Assembly (NCBI GenBank): GCA_963840455.1
Contig: CAWIYV010000008.1
Coordinates: 31,977-95,976, forward strand
Reading direction: 5' to 3'
Length of the DNA: 64,000 nt
Source: Nitrospirota bacterium
GTDB taxonomy: Bacteria; Nitrospirota; UBA9217
How positions within the stretch are numbered: the stretch's first letter is position 1; each line of letters opens with the position of its first letter. Positions 30,637 to 41,230 of this stretch are shown piece by piece. The notes beneath the pieces were generated by a model. That model made no database searches, was not told the origin of the DNA, and was given only the letters and a program-made list of their open reading frames with translations. Position numbers and translations under genes: made by a program.

Positions 30637-32247
30637 ATGCAGGAGAGGGGCCGTGTGCGCAGTCTGAAGATCGGGTATTCTGCTCCGCTGGCGGTGCGGC
30701 GGGTCACCCTGTTCACCGCTGCGCTGCTTGTCATGATCAGCGGTTGTGCGACTTTACCGAAGGACTATCCCCGGGAACCATCCCGGGCCTGGGACCGGCC
30801 GCAGGAAACGAATCTGGGCCAAGCGTTCGCGCCGGCTGCGGCGCAGCATCCCGGAATGTCGGGCTTCCATGTGCTGGGGAACGGCATGGACGCCTTTGTG
30901 GCGCGAATGGCGCTTGCGGAAGCGGCAGAGCGCACGCTGGACCTGCAGTATTACATCTTCCATGGCGACCTGACGGGGAAGTTGATCCTTGACAGCCTGG
31001 TCAGGGCGGCGGACAGGGGTGTGCGGGTCCGCCTCCTGATCGATGATACTGCCGCCAAGGGCAAGGACGCCGTGCTCGCCGTCATTGCATCCCATCCGCA
31101 GATCGAGGTGCGGGTGTTCAATCCGTCAGCCGGAAGGTCGGGGGCAGCCTGGCTCTTCGGCGCTGCCGCGGATTTCGACAGGATCAACCACCGCATGCAC
31201 AATAAGATGTTCGTGGCCGACAACCAGGCGGGGGTCGTGGGCGGTCGGAACATCGGTGATGAATACTTCGGCGCCCGGGAAGGCGTGAACTTCGCCGATA
31301 TGGACCTCCTGGCAACGGGGCCCGTGGTGCAGGACCTGTCGCGGAGCTTTGACGAGTTCTGGAACAGCGAATGGGCCTATCCCATCGAGGCGCTGCATGC
31401 GGCCAATCCCGACCCTGCTGCCCTCGAGAAGGGGAGGGAAATGCTGGCCTCGCACCGGTCGGCTGCACAAGACTCGGACTATGCGAAGCGGCTGCGCGAC
31501 TCGGACCTTCTGAAGCGGCTGGAGGGGCACGATCTTCCGCTGGTCTGGGCTCCGGCACGGATCGTGTACGACAGGCCGGAGAAGGCCGGAAGCGAGGGGC
31601 AGCCTGCCGATGACCTGAAGCTGGGCCCGCAGCTCAAGTCCGCCGTCGCCGAGCCGCGGTCGGATTTTCTCATCTCGTCACCCTACTTCATTCCCGGCGA
31701 GCGGGGGGTGGCTTCGTTCAGGCGGCTGCGGAAGAAGGGCGTTCGCATCAGGATCGTGACCAACTCCTTTGCCGGCAACGATGTCGCTCTCGTGCACAGC
31801 GGATACGCCAAGTACCGCAAGGACCTGCTGAAGCTCGGCGTGGAACTCTATGAGCTGAAGCCTTCGCTTGCCGCGGCGCCGGAAAAGGACCGGCAGCGCT
31901 TCGGGTCCTCCGGAGCCAGCCTCCATGCCAAGGTATTCATCGTCGACCGGGAACAGGTGTTCGTGGGATCGCTCAACCTGGACCCGCGGTCCCTGGACCT
32001 GAACACGGAGCTGGGCTTCATCGTCGAGAGCCGTGAGCTGGCGGAAATGCTTGCGCGGCAGTTCGATGAGCTCATCCGGCCCGCGTACACCTATCGCCTG
32101 GTGCTCGAACCGCCGGACGGGGACCTTGTCTGGATAAGCGAAGAGAACGGCAGGGAGGTCCGCTTTACCCGGGACCCGGAGGTAGGGTTCTGGCGAAGGT
32201 TCTCCACCTGGTTCCTGTCGTTCTTCGCTCCCGAGTCCCTGTTGTGA
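30637..32247 (+). CDS. Phospholipase D family lipoprotein (ClsC/YmdC-like)
   Basis: Two HKD motifs 'HNKMFVAD' and 'HAKVFIVD', 'GGRNIGDEYF', 'NLDPRS'; lipobox ISGC. Confidence 0.9.
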   Translation: MQERGRVRSLKIGYSAPLAVRRVTLFTAALLVMISGCATLPKDYPREPSRAWDRPQETNLGQAFAPAAAQHPGMSGFHVLGNGMDAFVARMALAEAAERTLDLQYYIFHGDLTGKLILDSLVRAADRGVRVRLLIDDTAAKGKDAVLAVIASHPQIEVRVFNPSAGRSGAAWLFGAAADFDRINHRMHNKMFVADNQAGVVGGRNIGDEYFGAREGVNFADMDLLATGPVVQDLSRSFDEFWNSEWAYPIEALHAANPDPAALEKGREMLASHRSAAQDSDYAKRLRDSDLLKRLEGHDLPLVWAPARIVYDRPEKAGSEGQPADDLKLGPQLKSAVAEPRSDFLISSPYFIPGERGVASFRRLRKKGVRIRIVTNSFAGNDVALVHSGYAKYRKDLLKLGVELYELKPSLAAAPEKDRQRFGSSGASLHAKVFIVDREQVFVGSLNLDPRSLDLNTELGFIVESRELAEMLARQFDELIRPAYTYRLVLEPPDGDLVWISEENGREVRFTRDPEVGFWRRFSTWFLSFFAPESLL

Positions 32248-32323
32248 CGGATAACGGACACTGACATACTACGGTACCCGCGTGCCGTGGTGATGATCTT
32301 TCATTACATTTACGAGGTCCGCT

Positions 32324-33953
32324 ATGCTGAAGAACATCATATGCATCCTTACGCTGGTCCTGTCACTCGCAGGCAGCCAGACCCAGACCGCTTATTCCGC
32401 GGGACCTCCGCAGCCTGCACCTGTCAGGGAAGAGGTCGTGCAGACCGCGCCCGTCAGGGTGGACGGCGCTGTCCTGTTCACGGTGCAGGGCCTGGCGTCG
32501 TATACCGCCCATGAGCGGGCCGGGAACATCGCTGGCCGGATCACGGCGATCGCCGGCGACCGCGAGGTGAAGCCCGAGTCGATCGTTGCGGTCGAAACAG
32601 AGCAGAGCACCGAGATCCGGGTGGGGACCAGACTCATCATGTTCGTGTTCGATGATGATGCCGACCGCGAGGGGGTCTCCCGCCAGATGCTCGCACGGGC
32701 CTATGTGGCCAGGATCCGGACCGCCGTGGAGGTCTACCGGCGGGACCGCGATTCCCGGAGCATTGCCTGGGCGGCGGGGTCAGCGCTCGGGGCGACACTG
32801 GTCTTTGTGGCGCTGGTCCTCCTCATCCGGTTCCTCTTCCGCAAACTGATCGCCGCCGCCGAGAAACGGTATGCACTGAAGATCCGGCAACTTCAGGAAA
32901 AGTCCCACGATATCGTCCGAACCGAATGGATCTGGACCGCTTTCAAGGGGGGACTCAACACCGCACGGATCATCATCGTCCTGTTGCTTGCTTTCTTCTA
33001 TATAGATGTAGTGCTGCACCTCTTCCCCTGGACGCGGGCCTTCGCGATACCGATGCTGGACCTGCTGCTCACGCCGCTCCGCAGCATTGGCCGGGCTGTT
33101 CTCGATTATCTCCCGAATCTGGCATTCCTGATCATCCTCGTCCTGGTCGCGCGGTACGGCCTCAACCTCCTGCGGGCATTCTTCCTGGGCGTCCAGCACA
33201 ACAGGATCAGCTTTACGGGCTTTGAACCGGCCTGGGCGCTCCCGACCTACAAGCTTGCGCGGCTTGCCGTCATAGCGTTCACCGTCGTGGTGGCATATCC
33301 CTACATCCCGGGCTCGGAATCCCCGGCCTTCAAGGGTGTGTCTCTCTTCCTCGGCGTCGTTTTCTCTCTCGGCTCCTCGTCGTCCATAGCGAACATCGTG
33401 GCCGGGTACATGGTCATCTTCCGCAGGGCCTTCAAGGTCGGGGACCGGGTAAAGATCGGCGCACAGACAGGTGATGTCGTCGAGATGCGGCTTCAGGCCA
33501 CGCACCTCCGGACGATCAAGAACGAGGAGATCATCGTCCCCAATTCCCTCATCATCAATACCGAGGTGGTCAATTACAGTTCGTTGGCGCGAAAGGGCGG
33601 CCTGATCCTCCACACGTCCGTGACCATCGGCTACGATACCCCCTGGAGGCAGGTCCACGCCATGTTGCTCCTGGCGGCAGAACGGACGCCGGGACTGCTC
33701 AAGGAGCCGCGGCCCTTCGTGCTCCAGACTGCGCTGAACGATTTCTATGTGAGCTACGAGCTGAACGTCTATACTGATCGCCCCCTCGAGATGATCGACT
33801 ATCTACTCGGACCTGCACCGGAACATCCAGGACGCCTTCAACGAATTCGGCGTGCAGATCATGTCGCCGCACTACCTCGGCGACCCTGCGAAGGCCAAGA
33901 TCGTCCCGAAGGAGCAGTGGTACCCGGCGCCGGCCAAGCCGGAACAGCTTTGA
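32324..33953 (+). CDS. MscS mechanosensitive channel with periplasmic N-domain, +1 frameshift near 33800
   Basis: 'FKVGDRVKIG', 'VPNS', 'IGYDTPWRQV'; C-terminus 'IQDAFNEFGVQIMSPHY' is in the shifted frame, stop TGA at 33951. Confidence 0.85.
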
Positions 33954-33992
33954 GGATCGAAGATCCAAAGCAGTTTCACCTGGGAGCTTCAA
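33950..33992 (+). repeat. Repeat family A right-end fragment overlapping the MscS stop codon
   Basis: TTGAGGATCGAAGAT...GGGAGCTTCAA. Confidence 0.65.
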
Positions 33993-34307
33993 CGCCCAGT
34001 CGTCGCAGCCGGGCAGCCCGGAGCAGGGGAAAGGCAGAGTCAAGGATTTTGATTTACGCAGTTCCAAAAGCCCCTGCGGCCCGTGAGCGCTGACGATGCA
34101 TAGGCATGCGTCACAGAAGCATGGCAAATCACCGTGTCGTTTCCAGCACGTGCGCCAGCGGAAGTGCTGAGGATAGGATGTAGATGAAAAGGAAACCACC
34201 GACAAACTGCATGCCTGCAGCGCAGCGCGAATGGGCTGCAGAAATAAGCGATTCTTTTTTTTGGGCAGCCCGGTGTTTTGGATGGGCAGGTTCAAAAGCC
34301 TTGCTTA

Positions 34308-34496
34308 TCACCCAACCCCGCACGTCCGCGGAGCGGCCCTATGAATTTTTTGGGCATCCGTCTTGGCCTAAGGAGGCGTCCCGAGAGGGCGCACGCGCAT
34401 GTCTGAGGCCGCAGGCCGAGTTTGCGCGGGCGAGCGGACGTGGCCTTAGACGGGTCAAAAAATTCATTCAGGACGCGAAGGGGATGAGCAAAGAAA
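34308..34496 (+). repeat. Repeat family B, copy 2
   Basis: Aligns with 21687 and 47376 copies. Confidence 0.9.
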
Positions 34497-34587
34497 TGGC
34501 CCTTTCTTTTTCAGGAAGACATGGGCATTGGTAAAAGCTCCTGACCAATTCAGATAAGAATCCACTCGATGGGAGATAGAGCCTGAA

Positions 34588-36951
34588 ATGATATCCATAA
34601 GGACAGCTTCCCTTCTTGTTCTGGTCCTTTCCGCCATGGCCGTTGGATGCGCCGGAAAGGCTTTGCCCCCTGTGGCGGTTCCCGTGCCAACAAGGACGAT
34701 CCACTACTTGGCCGAGGTCAAGCCGATCCTCGATAAGCGCTGCACCGTATGCCATTCCTGCTACAATTCCCCCTGTCAGCTCAAGCTCGACTCCTTCGAG
34801 GGCGCTGACCGGGGCGCCACCAAGAGGGCCATCTACAACGCCGGCCGTCTGACCTCCATGGACCCCACCCGCCTCTTCACTGACGCGCAGACAACGAAGG
34901 AATGGCGGAACAAGGAGTTCTTCAGCGTCACCGACAGCTCGGTCTCGGGCGGATCGAACGATTCGATCATGATCCAGATGCTGTCCCACAAGATGAAGAA
35001 CCCGAAAAGCGAGGGGGAGTACCGGCCGGAAACGGAGGAACTGACCTGCGCCGAGGACCGGAAAGAACTGGGGAAGTATCTCAAGAAGCACCCGAACCGC
35101 GGCATGCCCTACGGCTTCCCACCGCTCAAGAAGGAAGAGTTCGAGATCATCGCCGGCTGGCTGGTCCAGGGAGCGAAGGGGCCTGATGCCGAGCAACAGC
35201 GGGAGCTAACCGCGCCGAAGCACGTGGACGCCCGCGCTATCGGGCAATGGGAAGCGTTCCTGAACCACGACGGCGCCAAGCACGCCATGACCGCGCGCTA
35301 TCTCTACGAACACCTCTTCCTGGCCCACATCAAGTTCGGCACACCGACCAACGAGTATTATGAACTGGTCCGCTCGAAGACCCCGACCGGCCAGCCCATC
35401 GACCTGATCGCCACCGTACGCCCCTACGACGACCCCGGCGTCGAACGGGTCTATTACCGCTTCCGGAAGATACACTCCACTATCGTCCAGAAGACCCACA
35501 TGGTGTTCGATTTCGATGATGCCCAGCTGCGGCGCTTCCAGGAGCTCTTTATCGATACGGAATGGCTCCAGCCGCCGCATCCCGTGGGGTATGACCCGAA
35601 GCTGAGCGCCAATCCCTTCGCGGCCTTCGAGCAGATCCCGCCGCGCTCGCGCTACCAGTTCCTGCTGGACAACGCGCATTATACCATCATGACCTTCATC
35701 CACGGCCCGGTCTGCAAGGGACAGATCGCCCTCAATGTGATCGACGACCATTTCTGGGTCCTGTTCCTGGACCCGGACCACGACCTCTCCGTCCGGTATC
35801 CGGGCTTCCTGAAGCTGCACCAGGAGAAACTGCGCATGCCCATCGAGAAGGGCAGCGACATGCGCATCTTCTCAGCGCTTACGGACGAGCACCGGAAGGC
35901 GGAGGTGGAGTTCTACAAGGTGCGGCAGGACTATTATATGTCCCACAACTACTCGGGCCTGGACTACAAGGCCATCTGGAAGGGGAACCGCGCCGCGGAC
36001 GCTCCGCTCCTTACCATATACCGCCATTTCGACAGCGCCTCTGTGCACAAAGGGGCGCTCGGAAATTTGCCGAAAACGCTGTGGGTGATGGACTACCCGC
36101 TGATCGAGCGGATCTATTACGCCCTCGTCGCAGGGTTCGATGTGTACGGCACCGGAGGCCATCAGCTGGCCATCCGGCTCTACATGGACGGGCTGCGCAT
36201 CGAAGGGGAAAGCTATTTCCTGGACTTCCTGCCGCAGTCAATGCGGCAGGAGATCATGCAGTCATGGTATAAGGACGTTGATCTCAAAAAGATCAACTAC
36301 TATCCGTCCTCGATGCCCGCCGGGACCGCCTTTGTAACCGGCGATCCCAAACGGGAATTCGTTGAACTGGTCGTGAACAAGCACCTTCTTCCCGAGACCG
36401 CCATCCGTTTCGATCGGGTGAACTACTTGCGGGCGGGCGAATCCTATCCGGACCTTCCGAAGGCCTATGCGACCCCTGCCGACTATGTGCAGGCCTTCCG
36501 CTCCATGGCAAGGCCCGGGACCGCGTTCTTCAGGCTGATCAATGACTACAGCGCCAATCTGGCCTATGTACGGGTCCGCCGGGACGCGGGAAAGGATGTG
36601 GCGTTCACCATCATCGTCAACCGCTGGCACGACAATGTGAATTTCCTGGTGGGCGAGGACGCCAGGCTCGATCCGTCAAAGGACGGCGCCGATTTCATCC
36701 AGGGGCTGATCGGTTCCTACCCCAACTTCTTTGTCGATGTCCGGGAAAAGGACCTGCCCGATTTCATCGACCTCCTTGCCCATTTCGACAAGAGCCCGAG
36801 GGACATGGAGCGGCTGGCCAGATACGGCATCAACAGGGCGGACGAGCGGTTCTGGGATGTCTATGACTGGTTCCAGAAGCGCTTCCAGGAGGATGAGCCG
36901 GTACACTCGGGGCTCTTTGACCTGAACCGGTACTACCACACTGCACGATAG
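34588..36951 (+). CDS. cti: Fatty acid cis/trans isomerase (heme c lipoprotein)
   Basis: 'RCTVCHSCYNSPCQLKL' heme motif, 'RYLYEHLFLAH', 'GPVCKGQIA', 'RHFDSASV', C-terminal 'GLFDLNRY'. Confidence 0.92.
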   Translation: MISIRTASLLVLVLSAMAVGCAGKALPPVAVPVPTRTIHYLAEVKPILDKRCTVCHSCYNSPCQLKLDSFEGADRGATKRAIYNAGRLTSMDPTRLFTDAQTTKEWRNKEFFSVTDSSVSGGSNDSIMIQMLSHKMKNPKSEGEYRPETEELTCAEDRKELGKYLKKHPNRGMPYGFPPLKKEEFEIIAGWLVQGAKGPDAEQQRELTAPKHVDARAIGQWEAFLNHDGAKHAMTARYLYEHLFLAHIKFGTPTNEYYELVRSKTPTGQPIDLIATVRPYDDPGVERVYYRFRKIHSTIVQKTHMVFDFDDAQLRRFQELFIDTEWLQPPHPVGYDPKLSANPFAAFEQIPPRSRYQFLLDNAHYTIMTFIHGPVCKGQIALNVIDDHFWVLFLDPDHDLSVRYPGFLKLHQEKLRMPIEKGSDMRIFSALTDEHRKAEVEFYKVRQDYYMSHNYSGLDYKAIWKGNRAADAPLLTIYRHFDSASVHKGALGNLPKTLWVMDYPLIERIYYALVAGFDVYGTGGHQLAIRLYMDGLRIEGESYFLDFLPQSMRQEIMQSWYKDVDLKKINYYPSSMPAGTAFVTGDPKREFVELVVNKHLLPETAIRFDRVNYLRAGESYPDLPKAYATPADYVQAFRSMARPGTAFFRLINDYSANLAYVRVRRDAGKDVAFTIIVNRWHDNVNFLVGEDARLDPSKDGADFIQGLIGSYPNFFVDVREKDLPDFIDLLAHFDKSPRDMERLARYGINRADERFWDVYDWFQKRFQEDEPVHSGLFDLNRYYHTAR

Positions 36952-36965
36952 AAAGACAAGACGAT

Positions 36966-37892
36966 ATGTCATCCGTTCCCGGAAGGAAGGCGCACCACTG
37001 GTCCATGGCCCCGGCTGCCGCAGTCCTTTTGCTCATTTGCGGCGGGCGGGGTTCTGCGGCAGAACCAGCGACGTCCCTCACCGGCACCACGCCGCCGCAG
37101 GAGGCCTCGGCGATCGAGGACAGGCTCAGAAGCGAGCGGGCGACGCGGGAGAACAGCTTCGTGCTGACGCCGCACCGGCCGAACTACATCCTTCCGGTCA
37201 CGTACAACACCAGCGTGAACAGGGCGCCGTACGGGGCCGAGGGGGAACAACTGCAGCCGGTGGAGGTCAAGTTCCAGATCAGCTTCAAGGTCGACGTTGC
37301 CGAAGACCTTTTCGGAAAGAACGGCGACCTCTATATCGCCTACACCCAGCTGTCGATGTGGCAGGCGTACAATTCGGACTACTCTTCTCCCTTTCGTGAA
37401 ACGAACTACGAACCCGAGGCCTTCCTGGCCTTCGATACCGACGTCCCCGTGTTCGGCCTTCGCAACCGCATCCTGTCGTTCGGCATCGTCCACCAGTCCA
37501 ACGGCAGGTCCGAGCCGCTGTCGCGGAGCTGGAACCGGGTCTACGCCGAGTTCGTGCTCGACCGCGGCCGGTTCGCGCTTTCGCTCAAACCGTGGTACCG
37601 CTTCCGGGAGCCCGCCGCGGAGGACGACAACCCGGACATCGGCAGGTATCTCGGCCCCGGTGAGATCCGGATGTTCTATGAATGGAAGAAATACGTGGTG
37701 GGGCTGATGGTGCGGAACAATTTCCGTCTCCACGATCAGAAGGGCGCCGAGCAGCTCGAATTCAGCTTTCCGCTCACCCGCAGGATCAAGGGATATTTCC
37801 AGTATTTCTACGGCTACGGCGAGACGCTCATCGACTACAACGCGCGGACGAACCGCGTCGGCATCGGCATCCTGCTGACCGACTGGTTATGA
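36966..37892 (+). CDS. pldA: Outer membrane phospholipase A1 (OMPLA)
   Basis: 'EVKFQISFK', 'SPFRETNYEPE', catalytic 'HQSNG...SRSWNRVY', 'GYGETLIDYN'. Confidence 0.93.
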   Translation: MSSVPGRKAHHWSMAPAAAVLLLICGGRGSAAEPATSLTGTTPPQEASAIEDRLRSERATRENSFVLTPHRPNYILPVTYNTSVNRAPYGAEGEQLQPVEVKFQISFKVDVAEDLFGKNGDLYIAYTQLSMWQAYNSDYSSPFRETNYEPEAFLAFDTDVPVFGLRNRILSFGIVHQSNGRSEPLSRSWNRVYAEFVLDRGRFALSLKPWYRFREPAAEDDNPDIGRYLGPGEIRMFYEWKKYVVGLMVRNNFRLHDQKGAEQLEFSFPLTRRIKGYFQYFYGYGETLIDYNARTNRVGIGILLTDWL

Positions 37893-37939
37893 GCGAGGAA
37901 CCGCGGTGGCTCGAGGATCCGGATGCCGTATGCCCATGA

Positions 37940-38470
37940 CTACATGCGGATCGCTCGTGCTGGCTCTGGCCGCGCTCCTCTCCGGATGCGCCGCGAGAGA
38001 TCGACCCCCGGTGGTCGTCAATGTCCCGGCGCGGTGATATGGATGATTTTGACCGAGGTCAAGCAGGTTATCGACACGCGCTGCGTCTTGTGCCACTTCT
38101 GCTACGCCAATGTGCCGCTCTTCCAGTTGATCGGGAAATGGGTCGAGTGATGGGAGATATACAGCGCGACGTGAAGATAAAAGAACTCCGGTCCGTTACG
38201 GGAGTGCGGGCGAGGCGCTGGTCTTCGAGATTGGGCCCTTTGAGGCCGTGCAGGTCTTGTGGAGAATGCGGAGCTGATCGCGGATGCATCGGCGGCATCC
38301 CGGAAAGCCCAGGAAGGCAGGCCATGGCTGCTGCTTGAATTGAACAGCGCGGCCGTGCAAATGCCATCCGGCGGAGGCAGCCGTACCTCTGTTCCAGCGG
38401 CAGGAAAGTCGGGTGCCGGGTATACAGGATGCAACGAATTCTTCGGCCAGCTATGACCTCGATAGGGACG
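37940..38470 (+). pseudogene. Degraded cis/trans isomerase paralog
   Basis: 'LSGCAARDRPPVVVNVP', then 'EVKQVIDTRCVLCHFCY', then 'YDLDR', echoing cti N- and C-termini across stops and frameshifts. Confidence 0.6.
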
Positions 38471-38774
38471 TCGCTCACGTTCGGCCCCATCGCGCTGACT
38501 CGCCGTGTCTGCCGGACGCCGGAGACTGCCATGGAGACGGCATTCTTGAAAGCATTAAGCGAGACCCGTGGATGGAAGTCAAGGAGGGTATGCTGCTTCT
38601 GATCGCTGGCGGCCAGGTCCTTGCCCGCTTCGGAGGATCGTCGGAGCGCCGAAAGGCTGGATGAGGCCACAGCCGATCCTGGTTCGATGACCTATCGTTC
38701 AAAATCGTTCTCCTCGGGCACGGTGACCCTCTCCGGAGGAGAGTACCGCATGCCTGCAGCGCCGGGGTACGTGC

Positions 38775-39840
38775 AAGAAATTCGGTCCCACCGATGCCAG
38801 CGAGAAGCTGGTAATGAAGCATGGGATCAAGATCAGCGTTGAGACGCTCCGGGAGTGGTTTCAAGAGGAACAGATTCGCTATAAGAGTCGGAAGCAACGT
38901 CCCCATCGTCAGAGGCGAGAACGAAAGGCGCATCGGGGTGAGATGATTCAGATGGACGGATCCCATCACGACTGGTTTGAGGGGCGCGGTCCTTGGTGTG
39001 TTCTCATGGGGTACGTGGACGATGCCACCGGGACGGTGTATGGGCGTTTTTATGAGTATGAGGGAACGCTGCCGGCCATGGACGGTTTCAAGCGTTATAT
39101 CAGGCTCTACGGGCTGCCGCAGAGCGTCTATCTGGACCGGCACTCAACGTACAAGGTCACACCCAAGCAGAGCATCGAAGAGGAGCTGAGCGATATCCAG
39201 CCGATGAGCCATTTCGAGAAAAGCCTGGCCGCGCTTGATGTAAGGGTCATCCATGCCTATTCACCCCAGGCCAAAGGTCGGGTCGAGCGGCTATTCGGGA
39301 CCTTTCAGGATCGGGTCGTCAAAGAGATGCGATTGGCCGGAGTAACGAACATCGGGGACGGCAATACGTTCTTGGAGCACTATTTACCCGAGTACAACAG
39401 AAAGTACGCCAAGGAAGCAGCACAAACGGCGGACTTCCATCGGCCGGTTGTAAGTAAACGGGCGCTTGATACGATTCTCTCGATCAAGACTGACCGATCA
39501 CTCCGGAACGACTTTACGGTTGCCCACAACAAGAAGCTTTACCAGATCAAGAGCAACATTCGAACGAAGAAGGTAGTCGTGGAAGAAAGAACCGACGGAA
39601 CCATGCGAATCCTCCATAATGGCCAAAAGCTGAGGTATCAAGAAATTATTGCTCGCCCTCGTCAGACAAAGAAAATCAAGCGAAGGCCAGGATCACTAAC
39701 AACGTGGAAGCCGTCTGCGTCGCATCCTTGGAACGCACCGGGCAGGCAATGGCCAAAGCAAGAGAAGAACTACAGGCAACATCGTAAAACCGGACATTTT
39801 TGCTTTGGTAAGAACCGGACATTTGAACTTTGGCTTGACA
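38775..39840 (+). mobile_element. 5'-truncated DDE insertion sequence (ISNCY/IS1202- or IS481-like)
   Basis: 'FGPT.ASEKL', 'QMDGSHHDW', 'YLDRHS', 'SPQAKGRVERLFGTFQDR'; right end with two ACCGGACATTT motifs and terminal TTGACA; no left end seen. Confidence 0.85.
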
Positions 39841-39857
39841 TCAGAGGATGCCGAACC

Positions 39858-39886
39858 TTGTCAGCCCGCTCCGCTTCTGCTATCAT
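39858..39886 (+). promoter_or_regulatory. Putative sigma70 promoter with extended -10
   Basis: TTGTCA-17 bp-TATCAT, same boxes as 24817. Confidence 0.6.
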
Positions 39887-40034
39887 GTATCCAGTTTTGT
39901 CTTCAGATATCGAGGCAGGTGTGTCGCGGCGGGGAAGGTCATCGGTCGTGACGATGCTGGATGATGAAGAGGCCGGAGAACAGTCAGCGCGATATAAAGC
40001 TGAACCACTGGTCAACGTGAAAGGAGAACTGGAT

Positions 40035-41099
40035 ATGCGGGAAATGACGAAGGGAGCGGGAAGAGGGAGGTCCGGAGCGAAGCAATGGTGCACGGTACTG
40101 GTCTGTGTCATGATGCTATCGCTCCTAAGCGGATGCGCCAAGTTCTCATCGTCGCGCAAGATGGATGCAGGCCCCTTCGGCGAGAACGTGACGGTGATGA
40201 TGGGGGACGTTACCGCCGAGGTGAGGAAACCGTTCTATATCAAAAAATACCTCGAAGGGCCCTCCAGGGATGAATATCAGACTGAATGGGATAACATGAA
40301 AAAAACCATGCGCGGCATCGTGCTCTACTCGTCGCAGGTGGTGAACATCGCGCAGTCGCCGATGACCGAACGAAAGAAGCCGAACGCGATGGCCAAGACC
40401 CTGAGAGAAATGTTAAATCCGGTCCCGGACCAGCGGCTTACAGATTTCCGGCTGACGCGGGAAGAACTGAACGATCTCATCAGGAACGTCGAGATCCAGG
40501 ACACTATGCTCGACGCGCTGTCTGCTGCCCAGCCCCTGGTCGACCGGGTAGCGTCCTATGTTGATAATTCCTTCGAACGGGTGGAGGCAGCGCTGAACAG
40601 GCTCGTCCGGGACATCGACGCGCGGATGGATGCCGTGTGGGGTCTGAACCGGGAGAACGTGCAAGCACTGTACGCGCTCCAGAACCTCACCTTCAGGAGC
40701 TATGCCCTTCTCTACCAGTACCGCGAGGGTGATCCGGCGGGGCTTGACGCGCTTCGTGCGAACGATCCGGCACTTCAGGACGTTTTGGGGAAGGACCGTT
40801 CGGTCAGCGAAAAGGAGCTCGATGCCACGGAAGACCATATCATGGCGCGGCTCAAGAACCTCAACTCGATCCGTGAGCAGATAATGCCCCAGGTGGAGCG
40901 GTATCTCGCCGAAGCGCGCGAGCGGGATGAGCTGTACAACCAGCACAAGGAGACGGGGAAGAAGCTTCGTCTGACCGCAATGCTTTGGGCACGGTCCCAC
41001 CGGAACCTCGCTGCGGGCATCCCGGTGCCGCCGGAGATCGACCTCTACAACGTGCTGATGGGTTCGGTCAAGAAGTTCGCGCCCGTACCCCTGCCGTAG
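40035..41099 (+). CDS. Hypothetical alpha-helical lipoprotein
   Basis: RBS AAGGAG, lipobox LSGC; fused to the transposase frame in the ORF track. Confidence 0.75.
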   Translation: MREMTKGAGRGRSGAKQWCTVLVCVMMLSLLSGCAKFSSSRKMDAGPFGENVTVMMGDVTAEVRKPFYIKKYLEGPSRDEYQTEWDNMKKTMRGIVLYSSQVVNIAQSPMTERKKPNAMAKTLREMLNPVPDQRLTDFRLTREELNDLIRNVEIQDTMLDALSAAQPLVDRVASYVDNSFERVEAALNRLVRDIDARMDAVWGLNRENVQALYALQNLTFRSYALLYQYREGDPAGLDALRANDPALQDVLGKDRSVSEKELDATEDHIMARLKNLNSIREQIMPQVERYLAEARERDELYNQHKETGKKLRLTAMLWARSHRNLAAGIPVPPEIDLYNVLMGSVKKFAPVPLP

Positions 41100-41230
41100 C
41101 ATCGGGGAGCGGAACCCCATGGTTTCCCGCAGCGGTGGGCGCTGCCGGAGGCAGCGCAGTCGGTCGATCCGAAGGAGGAGCTGCACGGGGAATGGCAAAT
41201 GCCTTTCCTGGCGGTATACCGAGGGGATGG

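Noticed and set aside
26585-33810. Programmed ribosomal frameshifting at the split genes
   Set aside because: No slippery heptamers; irregular single-base insertions fit sequencing error better
39835-39865. IS-terminal TTGACA as a hybrid promoter -35
   Set aside because: No -10-like hexamer 16-18 bp downstream
38814-41099. 761 aa transposase-lipoprotein as a single domesticated protein
   Set aside because: Downstream part has its own promoter, RBS and lipobox, and the linker is IS end plus intergenic DNA
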